64,000 nt of DNA from the human T2T-CHM13v2.0 reference genome, Homo sapiens (GCF_009914755.1 NC_060930.1); one strand, 5' to 3'. Positions 1 to 12,794 are shown, counted from the stretch's first letter. Program-made: numbers and translations. The notes: generated by a model from the sequence alone, not told the origin.

Positions 1-2357
1 AATCAGAATTCTTACACAAGAGCTGGGACCATGCCCTGTAGCCTTTCTGTCCAAACAACTTGGCCTTACTGTTTTAGCGTAGCCCTCATGTCTGTGTGTG
101 GTGGCTGCCACTGCCCTAATACTTTTAGAGGCCCTCAAAATCACAAACTATGCTCAACTGACTCTCTACAGTTTTCATAACTTCCAAAATCTGTTTTCTT
201 CCTCACACCTGATGCATATACTTTCTGCTCCCTGGTTCATTTAGCCATACTCACTCTTTGTTGAGTCTCCCACAATTACCATTGTTCCTGGTCCAGACTT
301 CAATCCAGCTTTCCACATTATTCTGGATACGACAACTGACCCCTGTGACTGTATATCTCTGATCCACCTGACATTCACTCCATTTCCCCATATTTCCTTC
401 TTTCCTTTTCCTCACCCTGATCACATTTGGTTTATCAGTGGCAGTTCCACCAGGCCTAATCACCACTCACCAGCAAAGGCAGGCTATGCTATAGTATCTT
501 CCACATCTATCATTGAGGCTACCATTTTGCCCCCCTCCACTACCTCTCAGCAAGCTGAACTCATTGCCTTAGCTCAGGCCCTCACTCTTGCAAAGGGACG
601 AGGCATCAATATTTATACTGACTCTTAACATGCCTTCCATATCCTGCACCACCATGCTGTTATATGGGCAGAAAGAAATTTCCTCACTATGTAAGGGTCC
701 CCCATCATTAATGCCTCTTTAATAAAAACTCTTCTCAAGGCCGCTTTACTTCCAAAGGAAGTGGGAGTCATTCACTGCAAGGGCCATCAAAAGGCATCAG
801 ATGCCATCATTCAGGGTAACGCTTATGCTGATAAGGTAGCTAAAAAAGCAGTTAGAGTTCCAACTTCTATTCCTCACGGCAGTTGTTCTTCTCATCAGTC
901 ACTCCTGCCTACTCCCCGCTGAAACTTCCACCTATCAATCTCTTCCCACAGAAAGCAAATGGTTCTTGGACCAAGGAAAATATCTCCTTCCCACCTCACA
1001 GGCCTATTCTATTCTGTTGTCATTTCATAACCTCTTCCATGTAGGTTACAATCCGCTAGCCCAACTCTTAGAACCTCTCATTTCCTTTCCATCACGGAAA
1101 TCTGTCCTCAAGGAAATAACTTCTCAGTGTTCTGTCTGCTATTCTACTACTCCTCAGGGATTGTTCAGGCCCCCTCTCTTCCCTACACATCAAGCTTGGG
1201 GATTTGCCCCTGTGAAGGACTGGCAAATTGACTTTACTCACATGTCCTGAGTCAGAAAACTAAAATATCTCTTGGTCTGGGTAGACACTTTCACTGAATG
1301 AGTAGAGGCCTTTCCCACAGGGTCTGAGAAGGCCAGCACAGTCATTTCTTCCCTTCTGTCAAACATAATTCCTTAGTTTGGCCTTCCCACCTCTATACAC
1401 TCCAATAACAGACCAGCCTTCATCCCTATCTTCTGTCTAATCATACTCTTATTCACCATTCTCAACTACTTGTAAATGCCCTGCCCTTGTTTACACTGCC
1501 GGTTTACACTTTTCCTCCAAACCACCATAACTGATATCTCCTGGTTTTACCTCAAACTGCCACCCATAAGTCTCTCTTAAAGTGGATTAAAGATCTTCAG
1601 TGGCAAGGTACACTTCAATACTTTCACCCTGATGAAGTCCTATTCTTTACTTTTATATTCACTCTTATTCTCGTTCCCATTCTTATGCCACCCTCTACCT
1701 CTCCCCAGCTATCTCCACTACACTATCAATCTCACTCGCTCTCTTCTAGCTGTTTCTAATCCTTCTTTAACAAACAATTGCTGGCTTTGCATTTCTCTTT
1801 CCTCCAAAATCACTGAGGCCTTGACTTACTGCTTAAAAAAAGAGGACTCTGTATTATGATGTTTAAATGAAGAGTTTTGTTTTTGCCTAAATCAATCTGG
1901 CCTGGTATATGACAACATAAAAAAAAACTCAAGGATACAGCCCAAAAAACTCACCAACCAAACAAGTAATTACGCTGAACCCCCTTGGGTGCTCTCTAAT
2001 AGGATGTCCTGGGTCCTCCCAATTCTTAGTCCTTTAATACCTGTTTTTCTCCTTCCCTTATTTGGACTTTGTGTCTTCCATTTCATTTCTCAATTCATAT
2101 AAAACCATATCCAGGTCATCACCAATCATTCTATATGACAAATGTTTCTTCTAACAACCCCACAATATCACCCCTTACCACAAAATCTTCCTTCAGCTTA
2201 ATCTCTCCCACTCTAGGTTCCCACACCACCCCTAATCCAGCTCGAAGCAGCCTTGAGAAACATTGCCCATTATCTCTCCATACCACCCCCCACAATTTTC
2301 ACTGCCCCAACACTTCAACACTATTTTATTTTTCTTATTAATATAAGAAGACAGGAA
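1..2357 (+). mobile_element. HERV-H internal sequence, 3' part: degraded pol (RNase H, integrase) and deleted env; runs off the left edge
   Basis: RNase H-like segments (actacctctcagcaagctgaactc; cactgcaagggccatcaaaagg = HCKGHQK). ORF 966-1250 is integrase-like (H..H..C..C, DWQIDFTHM). env N-terminal remnant 1632-1859 (CWLC). Purine-rich tract aagaagacaggaa immediately precedes the LTR. Confidence 0.93.
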
Positions 2358-2721
2358 TGTCAGGCCTCTGAGCCCAAGCCTGCATGTGTACATCCAGATG
2401 GCCTGAAGCCACTGAAGAATCACAAAAGAAGTGAAAATGCCTGGTTCCTGCCTTAACTGGTGACATTACCTTGTGAAATTCCTTCTCCTAGCTCAGAAGC
2501 TCCTCCACTGAGCACCTTGTGACCACCGCCCCTGCCTGCCAGAAACAACCCCCTTTGACTATAATTTCCATTACCAACCCAAATCCTGTAAAACGGCCCA
2601 CCTCTATCTCCCTTCTCTGACTCTCTTTTTGGACTCAGCCCACCTGCACCCAGGTGATTAAAAAGCTTTATCGCTCACACAAAGCCTGTTTGGTGGTCTC
2701 TTCACATGGACGTGCATGACA
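2358..2721 (+). mobile_element. HERV-H 3' LTR (LTR7 family)
   Basis: Starts TGTCAGGCCTCTGAGCCCAAG right after the polypurine tract and ends GCATGACA; ATTAAA signal near 2657; highly similar to the LTR at 7393-7864. Confidence 0.93.
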
Positions 2722-2786
2722 CTGCTTTTCCACATAAACTTTTTCCCATAGAACGTTTGGTGGGTATTTAAAGCATTATTTTCTAT

Positions 2787-2910
2787 ATGTATTTTATTTT
2801 TAATTGACAATTGGATGTCTTTATAAGACACAAGTGCAATGTGATGTTTTGATATACATACATACATTATGAAATTATTTAATCAAGCTAATTACCATAT
2901 TCATCTTCCA
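2787..2910 (-). mobile_element. Old L1M (L1MA/MB-type) 3'-end fragment
   Basis: ttttattttttaattgacaa...gtgatgttttgatatacata...aatcaagctaatta resembles a reversed L1M 3' end. Confidence 0.55.
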
Positions 2911-3244
2911 TAGCCTCCTTATCTGCAAAACTTGCCTTGTCTGCAAGTTTAACACGTATTTCCCACACATACTGCCTTTTGAAATGTGCAAGTTAGCCAG
3001 CACTTGCCAAAAAAGTTTAAAATTTTCCCGCCCCTGGATAGTGTGACTAAAATTTTTTTTTGGCTTTTAGCCTTACAACAGTGGTCTCCAATACACCTTT
3101 TAAATATTGGTTATCATCTCATGAAACTACAAATTTAACCACTTTTCCACTTTTACTATAGCTTCATCACACATTACAGATGTTACTTTAGCATTTTCTG
3201 GAGTGTCCTTTTGCACAGATTGATAAATTTGCTCTTCCTTTTTC

Positions 3245-3712
3245 TGGATGTACTATATTGATGATCAATTAACACTGAACTCATAGCCAATAGCATTATA
3301 ACTCATGCCCGGATGAAGCTTATGTAAGACAATATTTTTTTGAAAGACACATTACTGTCTTCTTGTACTTAGGAACACTAGATAACACTTCCACACTACA
3401 TTTATGGGCTATTTTAAACAGTGAAATTACCAACAAAAAACAGAAAATGTAAAAAAATGTGGCTTCACTGAACAGACCTCAAAAAGGACACTTGTTTATG
3501 TGCAAGAGCTGGAACAACAAGGCAGAGTGCAACCTTGTTTGGCCTCAGCTCAGAGCTTGCTTCTCAAGTGACTTAAAATGTTGTCTCTGTGCATATCTGT
3601 GAATGACCTCAAATGATTGCCAAAATGCTACCAGTATTGATTTTGGGGTTACAAATACATTTTAGTAGGTAAATTTTTAAATAGGAATTCACAAATATTG
3701 TAGAGTAATTGT
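3245..3712 (-). mobile_element. TcMar-Tigger derived MITE (MER82-like)
   Basis: Characteristic segments aaaaggacacttgttta, aaggcagagtgcaaccttgtttggcctcagct and agtattgattttggggttacaaata. Confidence 0.65.
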
Positions 3713-4349
3713 ATTCTTCTATTAAATAATAAAAGCTCAATAACTGTTTGTTGACAGAATGAAGCTTGCCTGCTATGCTGAAAGCTATTTCTCGTATTCA
3801 GTGAATTAAATTCTTTATTCAAACTATAAATCTGAAAAATCATTTATGCTACAGCGCCTAAAAGTTAAAGAAAAATCCTGTTTGGATACCATGTATATTA
3901 GGTTCTAACTTACAATATTCTTAAGTACTTTCTCCACTCTAGAGTACTGCTCTCTCTGATGCCAAAATTCCTGAGCTATCAACAAAATAAATGTATGAAA
4001 GCTAGACTTGACACTCAAACATTTTATCAAAAAGTTCTGTTTTTAGTAAAGAAACAAGGTCAGTTGAAGGCCATCATATTGACAACATACATTTTCTGTA
4101 AAATCTGATTATGACAGACAAACAATTTAGTGCAACTTACTGAGAGGCATAAATTTGGGTTGATTTTTAATTAGCAAAGACTTTGAATTGACCCATATTT
4201 ATCCTCTTTCTTGTTTCTCCTTAATTCAAGAACAAGAATTTTCAAGACGTTTATAGATAGATGTTTATATAATCTATGACCATGGTTAATAGTCAAGCTA
4301 ATGTGCTAATGTGGGGAGTCAAATCTGTGGTCACAATCAACTAATATAA

Positions 4350-4480
4350 TTCATTTTGAGTGAACAAATATTTATTGAGAGTGTTCCAGACCTATGTTAG
4401 GTGTTGGAAATAAATTATGAATGGAACAGCTATGGTTCCATACCAATTAAGCTATCAGTCTACCTGAACAGATATATACT
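4350..4480 (-). mobile_element. L2 3'-end fragment
   Basis: aacaaatatttattgagag...atgttaggtgttgga is a typical L2 tail motif. Confidence 0.5.
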
Positions 4481-4611
4481 CTACAAGTGACAAAAGAGAA
4501 AAAATAATATAAATACAGATTATGAAATAAACTATAGAGGAAGAAAATCTGGCAATGGAAGAGAATAATGGTCATAGTGGAGGAGGAAGGAGGCCTATGT
4601 TACACGAGGTT

Positions 4612-4665
4612 TGCTATGGTTTGAATGTTTGTGGCCCCCACAATGTTCATGTTGAAACTTAATCC
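4612..4665 (+). mobile_element. MaLR LTR (MST/MLT1A-like) 5' stub
   Basis: tgctatggtttgaatgtttgtggccccc...atgttgaaacttaatc is a MaLR LTR start and abuts Tigger1 internal sequence. Confidence 0.65.
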
Positions 4666-7150
4666 TCTCTTCATAACATAAAAGTGCAAGGTGAAGCAGC
4701 AAGTGCTGATGTACAAGCTACAGCAAATTATTCAGAAGATCTAACTAAGATCATTGATGGAAGTGGCTACACTAAACAACAGAGTTTCAATGTAGCGAAA
4801 GCAGCCTTATATTGGAAGAAGATGCCTTCTAGGACTTTCATAGGTAGAGAAGAGAAGTCAATGCCTGTTTTCAAAACTTCAAAGGACAGGCTGACTCTCC
4901 TGTTAGAAAGTGATGCAGCTAATGACTTTAAGTTGAAGTCAGTGCTCACTTACCATTCCAAAAATTACTCTGCCTGTGCTCTACAAATGCAGCAAAAAAG
5001 CCTGGATTACAGGATCTCTACAGCATGGTTTATGGAATAAGTTAAGCCCACTATTGAGATCTACTGCTCAGAAAGAAGATTCCCTTTGAAATGTGTTCGC
5101 TGACAATGCACCTGGACACTCAAGAGTTCTGATAGATGAATACAAGGAGTCTAATGTTGTTTTCATGCTTGCTGATACATCTTCCATTCAGAAGCCTATG
5201 GGTCCAGGTGTATTTTGACTTTCAAGTCTTATTATGTAGAAACACTTTTTGTAGAAACAATCATCATAGTGAACAGGCATCGTATAGAATGGGAGAAAAT
5301 TTCTGCAATCTGCTTATCTGACAAAGGTATAATATCCAGAATCTAAAAGGACCTTAAACAAATTTACAAGAATAAAACAACCCCATCAAAAAGTGGGCAA
5401 AGGATATGAACAGACAACTCTCAAAAGAAGACATCTACGCAGCCAACAAACATGAAAAAAAGTTCAACATCACTGATAATCAGAGAAATGCAAATTGAAA
5501 CCATAATGAGATACCATTTCATGCCAGTCAGAATAGTGATTATTAAAAAGTCAAGAAACAATAGATGCTGGTGAGGCTGTGGAAAAATAGGAGTGCTTTT
5601 ACACTGCTGGTGGGAATGTAAATTAGTTCAACCATTGGGGAAGACAGTGTGGCAATTCTTCAAGGATCCAGAACCAGAAATACCATTTGACCCAGCAATC
5701 CCATTATTGGGTACATACCCAAAGGAATACAAATTATTCTACTATAAAGACACATCTGCATGTATGTTTATTACAGCACTATTTACAGTAACAAAGACCT
5801 GGAACCAACCCAAATGTCCATCAGTGATATACTGGATAAAGGAAACGTGGTACATATACACCATGGAATACTATGCAGCCATTAAAAGGAATGTGATCAT
5901 GTCCTTTGCAGGGACATGGATGAAGCTGGAAGCCATCATCCTCAGCAAAGTAACACAGGAACAGAGAACCAAACACCACATGTTCTCACTCATAACTGGG
6001 AGTTGAACAGTGAGAACACATGGACACAGAGGAACAACACACACCATGGCCTGTAGGGGAGTGGGGGGTAAGGGAAGGGAAAGCATTAGGACAAATAGCT
6101 AATGCATGTGGGGCTTAAAACCTAGATGACGAATTGATAGGTGCAGCAAACCACCATGGCACATGTATACCTATGTAACAAACCTGCATGTTCTCCACAT
6201 GTATCCTGGAACCTAAAGTAAAATTAAAAAAAAAAAAAGGAATTACATTTTGTAAGGCTATAACTGCCATAGGTAGTGATTCCTTTGATGGATCTAGGAA
6301 AAGTTAATTGAAAACTGGAAAAGATTCACCATTCTAGATGCATTAAGAACATCCATGGTTCATGGGAAAAGGTCAAAATATCAACATTAAGAGGAGTTTG
6401 GAAGAAGTTGATTACAATCCATGTGGATGACTTTGAGGGTTCGGGACTTCAGTGGAACACATAATTGCAGATGTGGCTGAAAAAGCAAGAGAACTAGAAT
6501 TAGAAATGGAGCCTGAAGATACGACTGAATTGCTATTATCTCATGATCAAACTTGAGTTTGAGGAGTTGCTTCTTATAAATGAGCAAAGAAATTGGTTTA
6601 TTGAGATGGACTCTACCAGTGAAGATGCTATGAATATTGTTGAAATGATGACAAAGGATTTAGAGTATACATAAACCTGGTTGATAAAGCAGTGGCAGGA
6701 TTTGAAACAAGTTCTGGGTTTCAATTAATGGGTTAAATGCTATTAAACAGCATTGGGTACTACAGAGAAATCTTTCATGACAAGAAGAGTCAATGTGACA
6801 AACTTTATTATTATCTTATTGCCACAGCCACTCTAACCTTCAGTGACCACTACTCTGGTTAGTCAGCAGTGATCAATATCAAGGACAGACTCTCTACCAG
6901 CAAAAGATTAGGACTTGCCGAAGGCTTAAATGGTCATTAGCATTTTTTAGTAATAAAGTATTTTTAAATTAAGGTATGTGCATTTTATTTTAGACATAAT
7001 ATTCTTGTGCACTTAATATACTATAGTTAAGTGTAAACATAACTTTTATTGCACTGAGAAACCAAAAATTTCATCTGCTCATTTTATTGTCATACTGGAT
7101 TTATTGCAGTGGTCTGGAACCAAATCCACAATGTTTCCAAGGTATGTCTG
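4666..7150 (+). mobile_element. Tigger1 DNA transposon (5'-deleted), interrupted by an L1 at 5254-6238
   Basis: ORF 4684-5040 is Tigger1 transposase-like ([37 protein letters not shown]). Sequence resumes at ~6254 and ends in the TIR ...caaggtatgtctg followed by TA. Confidence 0.92.
5254..6238 (+). mobile_element. 5'-truncated L1PA (about PA8-PA10) nested in Tigger1
   Basis: ORF2 C-terminus, 3' UTR and poly(A) at 6226-6238. Degenerate TSD: agaaacactttttgta (5238-5253) and ggaattacattttgta (6239-6254). Confidence 0.92.
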
Positions 7151-7235
7151 TAAATAACCTCATCCAAATTCAACCACCTACCTACCTGTATGTGAATCTA
7201 TTCTTAGTCATTGCCTTTTACTACATCTTAGATTA

Positions 7236-8042
7236 TCTCTTAGTCTGCTCCTGCTGCTACAGCGAAATAACATAGATTGGGTAATTTATAAACAAAAGAA
7301 ATTTATTGGTCAGAGTTCTAGAAGCTGCAAAGTCCAAGATCAAGGTGCCAGCAGATTGTCTGATTAGGGCTTACTTCAAAGATGGTGGAAGGTGTCAGGC
7401 CTCTGGGTCCAAGCTAAGCCATCATATCCCCTGTGACTTGCACGTATACATCTAGATGGCCTGAAGCAAGTGAAGAATCACAAAAGAAGTGAAAGTGGCC
7501 AGTTCCTGCCTTAACTGATGAAATTCCACCATCGTGATTTGTTTCTGCCCCCCTTTAACTGAGCGATTAACCTTGTGAAATTCCTTCTCCTGGCTCAGAA
7601 GCTCCCCCACTGAGCACCTTGTGACCCCCGCCCCTGCCTGCAAGAGAGAAACCCCCTTTGACTGTAATTTTCCACTACCCACCCAAATCCTATAAAACAG
7701 CCCCACCCTGTCTCCCTTGGCTGACTCTCTTTTCAGACTCAGCCCGCCTGCACCCACGTGAAATAAACAGCTTTATTGCTCTTTATTTATATTTATTTAT
7801 ATTTATTGCTCTATATTTATAAAAAAGCCTGTTTGGTGGTCTCTTCACATGGACACGTATGACAGAAGGGACAAACAGACCCCTCAAGTCTCTTTTATAG
7901 GGGAAGGACACTAATCCCATCCGTAATGGTGGAGCCCTTGTAACCTAGTCACCCCCTAAAGGTCCTACTTCTAAGTATTATCACATTGGGTATACATTCC
8001 AACATATAAATTTTGATGGTACACCAACATTCAGACTATAGA
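7236..8042 (-). mobile_element. MaLR LTR (MLT1A/MSTD-like) split by a solo LTR7
   Basis: tcttagtctgct...aagtccaagatcaaggtgccagcaga on the left; cactaatcccat...aacattcagactatag on the right. Confidence 0.75.
7393..7864 (+). mobile_element. Solo LTR7 (HERV-H) with perfect 5-bp TSD
   Basis: TGTCAGG...TATGACA flanked by GAAGG at 7388-7392 and 7865-7869; TATAAAA at ~7691 and AATAAA at ~7762. Confidence 0.95.
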
Positions 8043-8145
8043 CCAATCTTCAATGTTTCTTCAAGAATCTTCCTGTATATTCTCTTAATTTTCTTTTCCA
8101 AATTTACATTATAGACTTAGAAAAATGTAAGAAATGTTAATTTGA

Positions 8146-9477
8146 TAATGCTGCATATCTACAACTATCTGATCTTTGACAAACCTGACAAAAACAAGAA
8201 ATGGGGAAAGGATTCCCTATTTAATAAACGGTGTTGGGAAAACTGGCTAGCCATATGTAGAAATCTGAAACTGGATCCCTTCCTTACACCTTATACAAAA
8301 ATTAACTCAAGATGGATTAAAGACTTAGATGTTAGACCAAAAACCATAAAAACCCTAGAAGAAAACCTAGGCAATACCACTCAGGACATAGGCATGGGCA
8401 AGGACTTCATGTCTAAAACACCAAAAGCAATGGCAACAAAAGCCAAAATTGACAAATGGGATCTAATTAAACTAAAGAGCTTCTGCACAGCAAAAGGAAC
8501 TACCATCAGAGTGAACAGGCAACCTGCAGAACGGGAGAAAAATTTTGCGATCTACTCATCTGACAAAGGGCTAATATCCAGAATCTACAAAGAACTCAAA
8601 CAAATTTACAAGAAAAAAACAAAGAACCCCATCAAAAAGTGGGCAAAGGATATGAACAGACACTTCTCAAAAGAAGAAATTTATGCAGCCAAAAAACACA
8701 TGAAAAAATGCTCATCATCACTGGCCATCGGAGAAATGCAAATCAAAACCACAGTGAGATACCATCTCACACCAGTTGGAATGGTGATCATTAAAAAGTC
8801 AGGAAACAACAGGTGCGGAGAGGATGTGGAGAAAAAGGAACACTTGTACACTGTTGGTGGGACTGTAAACTAGTTCAACCATTGTGGAAGTCAGTGTGGT
8901 GATTCCTCAGGGATCTAGAACTAGAAATACCATTTGACCCAGCCATCGCATTACTGGGTATATACCCAAAGGATTATAAAACATGCTGCTATAAAGACAC
9001 ATGCGCACGTATGTTTATTGTGGCACTATTCACGATAGCAAAGACTTGGAACCAACCCAAATGCCCAACAACGATAGACTGGATTAAGAAAATGTGGCAC
9101 ATATACACCATGGAATACTTTGCAGCCATAAAAAAGAATGAGTTCATGTCCTTTGTAGGGACATGGATGAAGCTGGAAACCATCATTCTCAGCAAACTAT
9201 TGCAAGTGCAAAAAACCAAACACCGCATGTTTTCACTCATAGGTGGGAATTGAACAATGAGAACACTTGGACACAGGAAGGGGAACATCACACACAGGGG
9301 CCTGTTGTGGGGTGGGGGGAAGGGGGAGGCGGGAGGGAGGAAGGATAGCATTAGGAGATATACCTAATGTTAAATGATGAGTTAATGGGTGCAGCACACC
9401 AACATGGCATATGTATATATATGTAACTAGCCTGCACATTGTGCACATGTACCCTAAAACTTAAAGTATAAAAAAAA
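8146..9477 (+). mobile_element. 5'-truncated young L1PA (about PA3-PA5)
   Basis: ORF 8142-8873 is the L1 ORF2 C-terminus, followed by 3' UTR and poly(A). 17-bp TSD aagaaatg(t/c)taatttga at 8129-8145 and 9478-9494. Confidence 0.96.
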
Positions 9478-12114
9478 AAGAAATGCTAATTTGAAAAAGC
9501 AATAAAACCCAATCATGTAACAAAGTCATATGAACTCTTTAACTTTATAAAAGAAAATTAAAAAAGGACTAAAAAAAGTGCATAAATACTGTATACAAGG
9601 AGAAAAGAAATATTCATTTAATTGCACATTGAGAAATGTGAGAAGTAGCTCTGAGATGCTTCAGACATGTGCCAAGAAAAGTTGGTGGTATGTGGCTTCA
9701 AGAAAGAATAACACGAAAATGGCATTGCTTTCTGCTCCTGGCGCAGCTTGCTCACAGGACCGAGAGGTGGCATTCCTGGGTCTGGGCGAGGGGACAGCTT
9801 ATTGCAAATGTTGACTGGCACCAAGCTTGTCACAGACTATGGGTTTTCATTTTTTTTCACCCTCTCCTTAAAACTTAGACTGTAGTAACTGACAACTCAT
9901 TGCCATTAGGAAGAAACTTTTATGAGAAGAAAATGACTTGAATATACCATTGGAGAATATTTTTTCAGTAGCTTTAATTTCATTTAAATCTCAAACTACA
10001 AGCAAAGTCTAATTACTGATGGTAGGAAAGTATTCATTTCTCACATTGAGCACCTATAAGATCTATGTTCTTTGACCTATGGGTCTTTAGTGTGAACTCC
10101 AGGTTCATTTTTCTTGCTAGTAGCAGGAATTTTCAAACACTTATCTTCCATCTGTAGGTGGCAGTAAGTTATTAATGTTTTTGTTACTCTGCCCAGTGGA
10201 AGGAAGATTAAATCTGGTTTAAGAGAAACAAAATATAAAGAGAATATTGTTCTACCTTTGGGCCAGTATAAAGAACAGTAACAGTTTTTTTTTCCAGTGG
10301 AAGTTTAATTCCTTCCCCCATTTTAATTTGAAGTAAAATTGAAATACTTATGTATTCTCAGTAGACTCTCCACTAGCTGGGATGAACTTATGTTCACATC
10401 AGAATAAACAAACCTAGAACAACAAGGAAGAGTATTGTATAAGTCAGCAGCTGAAGAAACCCACTGTTTCTTATGCTGTGCATCTTAGCAAGATTAGTTC
10501 AGATCTTAAAGCCTACTGTTATATTTATATTAAGCAATGGCATTTTGCTTTCAAGTATATGCATACAAAACATCAAATAATTATTCTTCCAATTCCACAA
10601 TAAAAAAGATTTCTTCTGAAATCACTTGCTGATTTCCCTCCTGTGTTTAAAAGAAACAAAAAACAACCACAAACACAACAGGAAAAGGAACTGTTGATTT
10701 GCAATTTTTCTGCCTTGTCTTTTGCCTTGTGGTAGTTCATATGCAAAACATGCTTTCTTACAGATGGAATCCACTAGTCCTTGCCATTAAGGGAAACACA
10801 GCAGGACCCAGAGAGGATTTGCTGAAGCTGAAAACTGACTTTATAATTTAGCTCTGAGTCTTGAAGCAGCATAAGTCACAGTATAAATCAGAACACTGGA
10901 TCCAAAAATGCAAGGCAAATAGAGCAAAACATGAATTTCTCCCCTCATACTTTCCTCTTGTTAGTACAATTAAAACAACAACCAGTTCCTTTATTGCTTA
11001 TGATTTAACAGACAAGTAAAGTGACAATTTCAGGCTACAGTAGACAGAGCCATAGAAAAAGAAAAACAGCCAGTAAGATGAGGCAGTTACTGTCATATTA
11101 TGCCAACAGATACTGCCAGGTTTCTAAAATAAAAACAATCTTCACCATGGTGAATACTTTGCACATTTGCTTAGTTTAGCTTCATGGACTCTTCCTATTG
11201 CAGTAAACCAGTTTATACTTATATCGTTCTTTGATTTCTCTTAAAAAATTTAACACAGGCTACAGAGATTAAGTTGGCTATTTCAAAAAATAACTTTGGG
11301 ATATATGCTTAACATTTTACCTTTCCTGTGCTTACAGAATGCTTTTGGCTCAAAAGGGCCTTTCTATTTTTGTATTTATCCTTTATAGGGTAGAATTCTT
11401 ACTTTGTGTAAGATCGATAATTCTTACTTTGTGTAAGATACTATCGATAAGCTTTGTTCCTCCACAAGAGCCATGAAGGCAGATATTCTGTCCTTTCTAA
11501 TCTTTGTGCAGCTGGCAGAAGAAAAGGTCGTGTGATCCCACTGTGTCCCAACCTAAGATTTTCTGCCCCTGCTTTCTCACACTAATAGGTAACATTTATA
11601 CACCATTGTAATTTTTATTTTTAATTGGTTTGTTTTCAATTTTAACAGAGGATTTCACCAGTGCAAAGTGCATTTCATTTTTGATGAGCAGGGAAAATAT
11701 AACCCTTTGACAAGCACCCAGGTATCAAATTGTCCTTCTTTCTCTTGTAAGAGTCATCTGGTAATGTAACAGGTCTGCATGAAAATGTATAAAAACTTAT
11801 TCATGAGTAAAGAGCTTTTTCTATTTCAATTCTAACTTGCGTAAATGATTTTCTGTGGAGCCAAAAAATGGTGGCTGTGTCAGCTGGGTTGATTTGCCTG
11901 ATTTTCATAAAAACATAAACAGCACCATAGTTTGGCTTTTGGACCTTCCTTGGTATTTGTAAGATCTGGGGGAACGGCTCATTATAACCAGTAGTTAGAA
12001 AGTATGAGTAAGTAAGACCCAGAAAACACAGCCTGTAATAGTAAATATCACGAGTGCCAGTGAAAAGAATCATGGGCATTTTACCATCAAATTGTCGAAA
12101 GAATATGAACCGCA

Positions 12115-12301
12115 GAATTCAAACGGATATGGGCTAAAATCCCAGCTAAGCTACTTATGCCACCTGCTCTGTGAGCTTGAGCAAAGTGTTTAACCTCAGT
12201 TTCATTATTTTATAACATAGGGGTTGCAATGTCTATTTTTAAAATGTGCACTAATGAGATAATTAAAGAAGTTATCCTTCATGAAGCATTGCAAAGCACT
12301 T
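12115..12301 (+). mobile_element. MIR
   Basis: Core motifs aatcccagct...ctgtgagcttgagcaaagtgtttaacctcagtttc. Confidence 0.65.
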
Positions 12302-12311
12302 AAAAACTGGT

Positions 12312-12711
12312 AGATGCCCATCAATCAACGAGTGGCTAAAGAAACTGTAGTATGTATGTACACAATGGAATACTACTCAGCCATAAAAATAAATGAATGA
12401 ACAACATTTGCAGCGACCTGGATGAGATTGGAGACTATTATTCTAAGTGAAGTAGCTCAGGAATAGAAAACAAAACATCATATGTTCTCATCGATAGGTA
12501 GGAACTAAGCTATGAGGATGCAAAGGCATAAGAATGATACAAAGGACTGTGAGGACTTGGGAAGAGTGGGAGGGGGTGAGGGATAAAAGACTACAAATAT
12601 GGTGCAGTGTATACTGCTCAGGTGATGAGTGCACCAAAATCTCACAAATCATGGCTGAAGAGCTTACTCATGTGACCAAATACCACCTGTACCCTAATAA
12701 CTTATGGAAAA
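12312..12711 (+). mobile_element. L1PB-type 3' end (L1PB1-like)
   Basis: ctaagctatgaggatgcaaaggcataagaatgatac...aataacttatggaaaa; TSD aaaaactggt at 12302-12311 and 12712-12721. Confidence 0.88.
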
Positions 12712-12794
12712 AAAAACTGGTTGCTGCTCAAAGCAATAGCAACAGCATAAGAGCCGTTTCAGTAGAACATGCCATAGGAAGCAGTAAAGGGTGA

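Noticed and set aside
4684-5040. Domesticated transposase (TIGD-like) gene
   Set aside because: The element is 5'-deleted, frameshifted and interrupted by an L1.
8142-8873. Longest ORF (243 aa) as a novel protein
   Set aside because: It is a fragment of L1 ORF2 in a 5'-truncated copy with no promoter.
11640-11726. Possible plus-strand (antisense lncRNA) exon bounded by ttaacag and cag|gtatc
   Set aside because: Such motifs arise by chance in 64 kb and cannot be supported without transcript data.
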